From contig NC_043017.1 in assembly GCF_006345805.1 (NCBI RefSeq), positions 19,406,001-19,470,000 on the forward strand: a stretch of DNA of 64,000 nt, written 5' to 3'. Position 1 is the stretch's first letter. Every line of letters starts with the position of its first letter. The position numbers and the translations under genes were made by a program. Below the pieces are notes generated by a model. That model was not told where the DNA came from. It made no database searches and was given only the letters and a program-made list of their open reading frames with translations. Shown here in pieces: positions 53,606-64,000 of this stretch. Source of the stretch: Octopus sinensis (lineage: Eukaryota).

Positions 53606-54983
53606 CTCTCCACCCCTGAAGCCATCATCAGCAATTATGTCATCTTTAAGTTTGTCTCATCTCTTACAAAGTGACAAGTCCAACTTAAAAAATATTTGCA
53701 TGTCTCATGTCTCCCAGTGGTTGAGCGATGTGGTGGTGGTGGTGGGGGGGACGTGATGAAAGGGGGCCCTTTCAGCAGGGGGGGGAGAGCAGGGAGAGCT
53801 GAGAGAATGTCATTTTGTCAGAGGAGAAAGAGGCAGCTATTTGATACGGGGTACATGCTACACGCTAAAGAAGCTGCACGTGTTATCATCAACCGCAATC
53901 TCAGAACCAATTACTTGTGCCATTATCGTATTTTCTTTTTGTTTTTAATTTTTTTTTTAACACCCTGTTGAGCCCAGTACCCCCAACCCCCACCCACTCC
54001 CACTTTGCACCCCTTTTCCTTCCTGATACCTATCATCCATGCCTGCCTGCCTGTCTGCTTGCCTGCCCTACCTCTTGCAGAGATTCTAGGAATAATTCCC
54101 TTATAAGGAGTTGCGTGGTAAGAAGTTTGCTTCCAAACCATGTGGCTTGGGGTTCAGTTCCAATGTGTGGTACTTAGAGCAAGTGTCCTCAGGCTGACCA
54201 AAGCCTTGTGAGTGGATTTGGTAGATGGAAACTGTAAGAAGCCTGCTGTGTATATGTGTGTGTGGTGTGACTCCCCACCCCCTACAGGCAGAACAGGATT
54301 GCAGGGGCACAAAGAAAACGAGAACTGTGCAAGTCCAGAACCAATTCCTTGTCTTCAATTCCTGCAGATCACCAATCCCCGACCTGTGACAGAGCCCTTC
54401 GACTGATTGGCCACAACCGGACATGCTGTGACTCATCTTCTTCTCTCATGTGATGGATAACGATAATAATGACGGACTAACATAACGTAATATGTGTGTG
54501 TGTGTGTGTGTGTTACGTATTAGTTGTTATCATACGCTGTGAGAAAACGTTCACTAATTATCCATCTTAATATGTGATTTGCAATTAAGCAAAACACGGG
54601 ATCTAACACACATACACGCATGTGCATGCATGCACATGGCTGTTCATTTTTCATTTTTGGAGATAACCGAGAACCTGCCTCTCATATTACTGCAACAACA
54701 GAGCAAGCAGATGCACAAGGGACCAGAGATTCTTGATGTCTCCTGCTTATATTACATATTCTGTGCAACGAAAACATTCCACTATCGCAGATGCACATCG
54801 CGCCCTGACCACTCACACAAATATGCGCACACATACATCATCATCATCATCATCATCAACAGCATTGCTGCCATTGTTGTTTTAACTTCTGCATTTTCAC
54901 GTCTGCATGGGTTGGATAAGATTTATCAAAGGCAGATTTTTTTTTCCTTTGGCTGGATGTTCTTCCTGTTTCCCATCCTTTAA

Positions 54984-55205
54984 CCCTTTAGTGTTCGCAT
55001 TATTCTGCCAAAGTTAATCCTTTTTTTATCCACATTGATTTGAATTAATCAGGCATTATCTTGTAGTTATGAGATTTTGATGAGGTAGCCGTTAATTTTT
55101 AAAACGATATTGTAGGGTTGGTGTGAGAGACCAGATCTGGCCAGTTTGAACATAAAACAGGCAGAATACTTTTGGCCGGATATGGCCGGTTTAAATGCTA
55201 AAGGG
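54984..55205. mobile_element. piggyBac-like MITE family 2 (also 35683-35902; SINE-interrupted copies at about 1907-2437 and 22596-23110)
   Basis: TTAA-CCCTTTAG ... CTAAAGGG-TTAA with a shared internal sequence across copies. Confidence 0.85.
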
Positions 55206-56129
55206 TTAAACAAATTTATGTGCAGCATGATATTATAACGGGACAATATTCTTTGGCAAGCTGGCAGAATCGTTAGCATGCCAGAGTAAAAGAAAGTCAA
55301 ATAATATACCAGTCAAATACGCGGGTTGATGTGATTGACCTCTTCACCCTGACCTTGAAGATTACTGGCCTTGTGCCTTTAATGAGATGCAACAACAGCT
55401 AGCATGACGAAGTCAGTGCCACCACCGCTGCCACCACCACCACCACAACCACCATCACTGCCACAATATTGTGTCTGAAGAAACTGACAATACATAAGAG
55501 TATTTTAAACTACAGGCAAATACTTCAGTGATGATGATGATGATGATGGCGATGACAATGACGAAAGAGTTTGAAGAATATCGCTTTGCAACATTTTTAA
55601 AACTACAATTAAAATCAGATTTCAGATATTTAGGTCCATTAAATGAAGCCAAACAAATTTCTATATTTTCCAAAATGTTGCCAAACGATTTTTTTTTCTT
55701 AGATTTTTTTTTTTTTTTTTTTTTTCATTTTCCCTTAAGTTTTACATAACCTACTAGAGACATCTTAAAATCTAGAGTTATTGTGTTTTACTGATATTAT
55801 TCACTACTCTCAGAAATGTTGGTGGAAACATTCAATCTGCTTTATTTATTAATGTCTTTCTTTTTCGTTTGCATCTCTGGTAAATTTTTCTTATTTCATG
55901 TTCGCAGAATTACGATCCAAATTAATTCTAAAACTAATAACTAAAGTGCTTCAATGTTAAGAGGTAAGTTCTTCAGGTGTGTGAATGGGTACCTGGTTGT
56001 GCGGAGTAGGACATAGGACAGCACCTTAGCAAGCATGGAAGATGTGGTGTGTAGTTGTGTTGTTAACCCAGGTGAAGCTAACTGGTTACAAATAGATCTT
56101 GGGTGCATATCTATCTATCTACATACCCA

Positions 56130-56175
<46 letters not shown>

Positions 56176-56182
56176 ATATATA

Positions 56183-56220
<38 letters not shown>

Positions 56221-56223
<3 letters not shown>

Positions 56224-56429
56224 ATCCAAACGTGAAAACACCAAGAGAAAACACAACAACGCGAGGACGTGGAACAAATATAGTATTATTGGATGCTCAG
56301 GAAGGAATGGAAGAAGGAGGGTTTTACGTTTCGAGCGGAGCTCTTCGTCAGAAACATAGGAAAAGGAAAGATCCAGAGAAGGGAAGACGGAGGAAAAAAA
56401 ATCGCCAACGATACACACGCGGTCACATT
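56221..56429 (-). mobile_element. Penelope-type pseudo-LTR fragment with a minimal hammerhead ribozyme core, inserted in (TA)n
   Basis: Minus strand GTTT-CTGACGA-A-GAGC(TCC)GCTC-GAAA-CG-TA-AAAC at 56355-56321. Confidence 0.65.
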
Positions 56430-56634
56430 TATATATATATATATATATATAAAGAAAACAGAAAATGGAAAACCCATGTTAATCCTTGTCTATAACTTAT
56501 GAACATATCTTTGCATGTGTATGCCCATGGTTATATATAAGTAAAATACCGGTAGTGTAATAGCTACTTCTACCCCTTAGATGGTTATTTTAAGCCTCTA
56601 ACTAACCCACCCATATATATATGTGTGTGTGTGT

Positions 56635-56926
56635 GGAGGCGCAATGGCCCAGTGGTTAGGGCAGTGGACTCGCGGTCTTAGGATCGCGGTTTTGATTCCC
56701 AGACCAGGCGTTGTGAGTGTTTATTGAGCGAAAACACCTAAAAGCTCCACGAGGCTCTGGCAGGGGGTGGTGATCCCTGCTGTACTCTTTCACCACTCTT
56801 TCTTCTTTTGGCCTGCTCGCTTAGCCAGCAGGGTGGCGTCATTTGAAGGCTAAAACAATGCAAACACATTGTGACCAGCGATGTGTAACTACATCTGATG
56901 GACTGGTTGGTCACGTGATCACGTGA
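56635..56926 (+). mobile_element. tRNA-derived SINE family D; interrupted inverse copy at 58300-58797
   Basis: Head ggaggcgcaatggcccagtggttagggcag...gattccc, with the body shared with 58300-58797. Confidence 0.75.
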
Positions 56927-58012
56927 TATATATATATTGCTTGCTGTCTTGAGGTGTGTGTGTGTATGCTAGTGTATATGTTTGTACCTCCTTTTAGCAA
57001 TAGGCAATAGTTGTAAATGAGCATCACCTTCACACAGGCGGTGTCGATTCACACTCAATTTTCAGTGAAAACATGTCCAGCCATGGAGAAATATTACATT
57101 ACATGGAAACTGTTGAGGGCTGGTGACAGGAAGGGTATCCTGCTGTAGAAGATTTGTCCCGACGAATTCCATATCACCCATGCAAGCATGGAAAAGTGGA
57201 TGCTGATGATGATGATGATGTCAGACACTGAATTTTGACAGCGGCGAAACACCCGCAGGATTTCAAGTATTGAAATACACGTCACACAAAAAATTCCAAA
57301 TAATTTTCACAAAGCATCTCCTAGTAGGAGCGCAATGTGTATGTAAGTAGGTGCAAATAATAAACATTTCTAAATCTGGTGTGCTCAGATTGAAACGACA
57401 GCATAACAAATACGGACAGAGAGTATTGTGGTTGACTATTACAACTACAAGATTAAAAAAAAAAAATCAAACAACCTAAATATTATCACATCACGTTCAG
57501 CTCATCCGTACAATAGATTCCAAAGACTGCGCGAGTAATTTATACCATTTCATTGTTTTTTATTTTATTTTTCAATAATAGAAAGTAAATTTCTATTTCA
57601 AATATTCTATATGCATATCGTTGTCTGTTTTGTAGCATTCTGGGGACAAATTTATTCTTTACTTCTTTCTTTCTTTCTATTTTTGATTTTTGGTATGCAC
57701 AAGTGGCGTTTCCATTTACCAAATTACTAAAACCATGCATAGATGGCAACAGATTCTTGTTATCAAAACCATTCCAATACAAGCAGTTAGAAAATAGTGC
57801 TTTCATAGAATTTCTTCTTCTCTTTCTGCCCCACCATCTCTCTTTTTCAAATAAGTAATGTATACATATATGAATATATTCATAACATACACAATATATA
57901 CACACTCATAAATATACACATGAATATATATATAATAAAATATTACACACACACACACATGTATACATTTGAAGAATTTGGAAGTCAGTCCTTTTATGAA
58001 GTTGCTAAAATG

Positions 58013-58054
<42 letters not shown>

Positions 58055-59229
58055 TTTGCTTTTTCTTACACAGACACACATTTCTCATTACATATTGAAA
58101 TCACATTCTCTCATTTCTAAAGCCATGTATATAAGCAGTTACCGTGTACCACCTTGGGAATCGAGTGTCTTCTACTCTAGCCCTGGGTCGACCAAAGCCT
58201 TGTGACTGGATTTGGTAGATGGAAACTGAAAGAAGCCTGTCATGTGTATATATATATATACATATATATATATACATATACATATATATATATATATATC
58301 ATGTGATCACGTGACCGACCAGACCATCAGATGTTGCTACACATCGCTGGTCACAATGCGTTCGCATTGTTTTATAATATATATAATGAAATTATTGTAT
58401 ACAGTGCTCAGGTGCACCACAACTTGTCAGAAAGTCCATATAAAGTACATGCAGTAATGTAGAAATGTCTGGAAAGCGAACAATGTATGAGTCAGATACA
58501 TGCTTGTGTGTGTATGGAGGGGAGAAAATCAAGTGTAGTGTTGGCGAATCTCAGGAAGCATGGAAGTTTTGAAGGATGCAAGCCTTCGAATGATGCCACC
58601 CCGCTGGCTAAGCGAGCAGGCCAACAAGAAAGAGTGAGAGAAAGAGTGGTGAAAGAGTACAGCAAGGATCACCACCCCCTGCTGGAGCCTTGTGGAGCTT
58701 TTAGGTGTTTTGCTCAATAAACCCTCACAACACCCGATTTGGGAATCGAACCCATGATCTCACAATCGTGAGTATGACATCCTAACCACTAAGCCATGGA
58801 TCTGTGTTTGTCATTCGGTGTTGGTGTGGTTACATCTCTGTAACCTAGTGGTTCAGCAAAAGAGACTGATAGAATAAGTACCAGGCTTAAAAGAAAAATA
58901 AATACTGGGGTCAATTAGTTCGACTAAAATTTCTCAAGGCGGTGCCCCAGCATGGCCACAGTCTAATGACTGAAACAAGTAAAAAATAAAATAAAATATA
59001 TATATATATTCTTTTACTTGTTTCAGTCAGTTTACTGCGACCATGCCGGAGCACCACCTTTAGTCGAACAAATCGACCCCAGGACTTATTATTTCTAAGC
59101 CCAGTACCTATTCTATCGGTCTCTTTTGCTGAACTGTTAAGTTATGGGGGATGTAAACACACCAGCATCAGTTGTCAAGCAACAGTGGGGGGACAAACAC
59201 ACTAATACATACTATACATACCTATATAC

Positions 59230-59262
<33 letters not shown>

Positions 59263-59867
59263 CATATATATATACATACCTATATACATAAATATATATA
59301 TATATATATTTATGTATATAGGTATGTATAGTATGTATTAGTGTGTTTGTCCCCCTATATATATATATATGATGGGCTTCTTTCAGTTTCTGTTTACCAA
59401 ATCCACTCACAAGGCTTAGGTTGGCCTGAGGCTATAGGGGAAGACACTTGCCCAAGGTGTGTATGTGTGTGTGTGTAATATTTCTTATTATATATATGCA
59501 TGTATTTATTTACGAGCGTGTATATATAATGTATGTTATGAATACATTCAATATATGTATATATATGTGTGTGTGTGTGCAAGTATGCATACACTAAAAA
59601 ATGACTTGAACTTATATTACAGAGAAAGTGGAAAAATTTGTTAAGAAGCAACCAAAAGACCCCCTCCCCACACACACCTGGCTGACACAACCAAATTCTA
59701 AAAAGTACTTTAGTCACATGAAAATCAATGCAACTCAGGCACTTTTAGTATTTGTAGGGTCTACCACTACTACTGCTGCTGCTACTACTACTACTAGTTG
59801 CGTAAGATACCTTAATCTAGATATAATAGACTGGTTGTAATGAAAATGTGTGTATGTTGGCACATGG

Positions 59868-59905
<38 letters not shown>

Positions 59906-60020
59906 AAAATAATAAATAACGAAAACGGAATAAAATAAAAAGGAAACCTTGTAATAAAGCCATGGAATCTGTTTCCAGAATGACTAATGTACAAATACCT
60001 GTACAAGTCCAAAGATAATA

Positions 60021-60062
<42 letters not shown>

Positions 60063-60144
60063 CATTTGATATGCATTTGTTGCATACCTTGGTAGAAAAA
60101 AAAGGGGGAAAGAAGAAGAGAAAGAGACAGAGGGAACAAAGTAA

Positions 60145-60182
<38 letters not shown>

Positions 60183-60307
60183 GTGAGATCCTTAACAGAA
60201 CTCATCGTACCAAGGTTTTCAAACAATCTCTTTCTCTCTTATCTCATACAGAATATTCCTTGTACTAATTGTCTAATCATGTTACATAGTTACATGGTTC
60301 TGAGCTT

Positions 60308-60354
<47 letters not shown>

Positions 60355-63300
60355 TCCCCTCTTTTCTCACTAATTTGCCTAAGGTTTCGGTTATTTCTTG
60401 GTTTTGGAATCTGATCTCGCCTTCGCCATCAACTGCAGACCTAACTAACATCTTACTCATTAGTAACACATGCACACACACACACGTACACATTTTTGAA
60501 AGACAACATGACTGTATCTTTAGGGTGCAAAGTCTACCAAAGGGTCCAGTAGAAGAATGCAGAGCAATTATATTTGTTCATTTACTTTACATCAGATTTT
60601 CCATGATAGCATGGGTTAGAGAAGAACATTCTACTGAGATATTATTCTACAGATGTCGTCATTGATCCTTACCGGCATTTTCAAGTAAGGGAGTTTCCTT
60701 TTGACTCTGAGCTAAAATTCATTATTATTAATAATAATAACAATAATAATCCTTTCTATTATAGGCACAAAGCCTGACATCTTTTTTTAGGAGGCGGGGA
60801 CCAGTCGATTACATCGACCCCAGTGCGTAAGTGGTACTTAATTTATCAAGGATGAAAGGCAAAATCAGCCTCAGCGGAATTTGAACTCAGAACGTAAGGA
60901 TGGGCGAAATGCTGCTAAGTATTTTGCCTGGTGTGCTAATGATTCTGCCAGCTCACCACCTTAATAATAATAATAATAGTCCTTTCTACTACAGGTACAA
61001 GGCCTGAAATTTGGGGACAGGGAGTAAGTTGATTGCATTGACCCCAGTGTTTGACTGGTGCTTATTTCATCGACCCTGAAATGATGAAAAGCAAAGTCGA
61101 GCTCGGCAAAATTTGGACCCAGAATATACAGATGGATGAAATGCCACTCAGCACCTTGTCTGGTGTGCTAACAATTCCACCAGCTTGACACCTTAATAAT
61201 AACAATAATAATTCTTTCTAATTTTTGGCACAAGCCTACCAATTCATCCCAGTATTTGATTAGTAACAGTGTTTTGTCAAACCCTAGAGTATGAAAGGCA
61301 AAGTTGATCACAGTAGAATTTGAACTCAGATCATGAAGAGCCCAAAGAAATAGTGTTAAGCATTGTGTCTGACAGGCTAATGATTCTGCCAGCTCACCAC
61401 TTTAATTAATAACTAATAATATAAAGTGACAAATTAGGAGAAAGAAAGGCCCCTCTTCATATTAAAAGAAGTGGAGGGGCCACCACAGAAAAACTTAGAT
61501 TGCTCTGACACACCAGACCCCCAGATCTTCCTCCCTCCTCTTGCCCACCAACATACAGCTATGTATTTCATACCCATCAGTTTAACCGAAGTGAAGTTGC
61601 ATGGCCTAGTTGTTTGAGCAGCAGTTCTCAACCATGGCTCAGAGGGCCTCATGTAGCCCTCAAACATCCTTCCAGTAGCTCTTGATGGTCTTCCCTCTAT
61701 AAATATAATAAATTCTTCTTTAATTGACTTGTGGTTTACTCTTTTGGTGTGGCCCCTAAAAAAATCCTCATCAACCTTTCATACATTTTTGCCTGAAACA
61801 AGAATTTCCTCAAAGAAACTGAAGAGGAAAAGCTCAGTTGTCAAACACCCAACCTTTGGTGCTGCAGCAGCCACTGAGCAGAAAGAAAAGACGACTGGCA
61901 ACCCACCCTTCGTAGCCAAAGCAAAGCAAAGCAAAACGGTGGGTGGATCTTCATGACAGATTTGGCTGAAAGCCGGATCCGTTATGCATGTGATAACAGC
62001 TGTTTTGGAACGCAAAATAAGAACAGTGATTCTTGGAATTCAAGACAGAGGCTTCCTGCAGTTTCTCTGCACAAATGCTATTTATTTCCTTGCTCTACAC
62101 TGCAACCACGACCATGACAACCACCACCGATACCAGCACCGCCGCCATTTAATAATCTATCAATGCAACTAACGAAAAAATATGACCTCACCTTCCTTTG
62201 CTTCTTATTTAAACACATCCTGTTAATAATATAGATTTTATTTTAGATTATAATGTTAAAAATTTAATATATTTTTAATATTCAATTTGGAGCTAGGTAC
62301 ATATTTTCTTTAACACACACACACGCACATGTACAGTATGGGAATATATCGACACATGGCGGAGGCAATGATGTGTAGATCCTATATTTTAAAGGATATT
62401 TTCGTACTTAATAAAAACCTATTACTGAAACCTTATACTCGGATATATCTATGAGCACACACTGATTAGGCAAGGTGGGTAGTGAGTGTGTGTGTGTGTG
62501 TGTGTGTGGATGTCTATATGCTTGTGTATACACACACACACATATATATAAGGAGAGAGAGAAGGAAATATATACATGTATATACATATATATAGATATA
62601 CACACCTATATACACATTTAAATATACCTGCATATACACGCATGCACTCAAACACAAAGAATGACACACACGCACACACACACATATATATATACAAATA
62701 CACACACACATACAAACACAAAAATAATATTTGGCTAAAAGCAGTTCTTATACCTCTATTATTACTGCTGCTACTGCTGCTACTACTACTACTACTATTT
62801 TATATTTATACTTATTATCATTATTAGTGTTTTTTTTTTCTTCCTAATTTTATTTTATTTTTCCTTCTCCCTTCTACATAGTTTATTGATCTTTGAAAGC
62901 AGGGGGTATGTCATTTTAGCACAGTTAGCAACGTATTAGATTCCGCAGAAACAAAACTCTGTATCTATCAATAGAACAAAAAAAAAGTAAAAAAAAAGAA
63001 TTTTTAAAAGTTATCTTTGGGAGCAAGGGTAAAAACAGCCCCCCACCAGCCCTCACACCTCATCCTAAAAAACAGGGGATAAAGGTTTACTATAAAGCAG
63101 TCGTAGTAAAAACATTTCGGCATCTAGATAATATTTCTCAGGTTTCTTCTACAGACTGGAGAATTCAGAGTTGAGTTTGTTTCTTTACTCTTGTGTAAAA
63201 TTCCAGAATGACTCACCTAAGTTACAACAAAACGGAGAATTTGGTTTTCCAACCATGTGCTTTTTGGTTCAATCCCAATGTGCGGAACCTTGAGCCAGTG

Positions 63301-63626
63301 TCTTTGGTATGTAAAAAAGCACCATTCGGGCATGGTTGATGTCAGTGTTGCTTGAGTGGCACACACGACGGTAGCACATAAAAGGCACTGGTGCCACTTA
63401 AAAAGCACCCAGTACACTGAGTTGATGTTAGGAAGGGCATTGGGCCATAGAAATCATGCTAAAACAGACAAAATGGAGCCTGGTGCAGCTCTCTGGCTTG
63501 CCAGCTCCTGTCAAACCATCCAACCCATGCCAGCATGAAAAACGGATGTTAAATGATGATAATGGTAATGATGATGGTGTGTGTGTGTCTGTGAGTGATG
63601 CCTTGTCTTGACAAGATGTGGTACTA

Positions 63627-63859
63627 AGGCGGCGAGCTGGCAGAAACGTTAGCACGCCGGGCGAAATGCTGAGAGGTATTCCGACTGCCGTTACGTTCTG
63701 AGTTCAAATTCCGCCGAGGTCGACTTTGCCTTTCATCCTTTCGGGGTCGATAAATTAAGTACCAGTTTCGCACTGGGGTCGATATAATCGACTTAATCCC
63801 TTTGTCTGTCCTTGTTTGTCCCCTCTATGTTTAGCCCCTTGTGGGCAATAAAGAAATAA
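63627..63859 (+). mobile_element. tRNA-derived SINE family A, young full copy (also 29996-30228 on +; more than 20 copies on -)
   Basis: Head aaggcggcgagctggcagaaacgttagcacgccgggcgaaatgc, B box gttcaaattcc, and central domain gcctttcatcctttcggggtcgataaa..agtaccag (Meta/Deu-like). Confidence 0.85.
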
Positions 63860-64000
63860 GATGTGGAACTTGTAAACGAGCATCATCAAAGAAGTGGTGG
63901 CCTTTGTTTTCCATCATCCATGAAAATATGTCTGGCCATGGGGAAATACTATCTTATTTGGAAGCAAGGAATGGCAACAGGACGGGCATTGGGCCATTGA

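Noticed and set aside
56635-56710. Functional tRNA gene
   Set aside because: The tRNA-like head continues into a SINE body that recurs at 58300-58797, and the B box is mutated.
62192-62219. 28-nt AG...GT-bounded segment
   Set aside because: Not a multiple of 3, and it has a stop in the required phase.

Overview
Eukaryotic, AT-rich, microsatellite- and SINE-dense genomic DNA. The repeat landscape suggests an octopus or other coleoid cephalopod (inference). Almost all of the supplied ORFs are repeat or microsatellite noise. The window lies inside one large minus-strand gene of the neuron navigator family (NAV2/3, UNC-53, sickie). I traced ten GT-AG-bounded, phase-consistent exons from 46461 down to 11732 (1343 nt, about 447 codons). 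They encode the C-terminal AAA+ region: Walker A GPSGTGKT, Walker B-like [23 protein letters not shown] and [11 protein letters not shown]. The upstream exons and the terminal exon appear to lie outside the window. The most interesting signals are two frame-preserving candidate microexons in long introns (24 nt at 20168-20191 and 45 nt at 51463-51507) with neural splicing motifs. Others are a candidate recursive splice site, a sense-strand minimal hammerhead ribozyme core, and several inverted repeats that could form dsRNA in the pre-mRNA. The introns also hold a Penelope GIY-YIG remnant, a DD37D (maT) mariner remnant, an R4/Dong-like LINE tail, piggyBac/hAT/pogo-type MITEs, several SINE families, two 5S rRNA pseudogenes, two minisatellites and a 1.15-kb tandem duplication that may be an assembly artefact.
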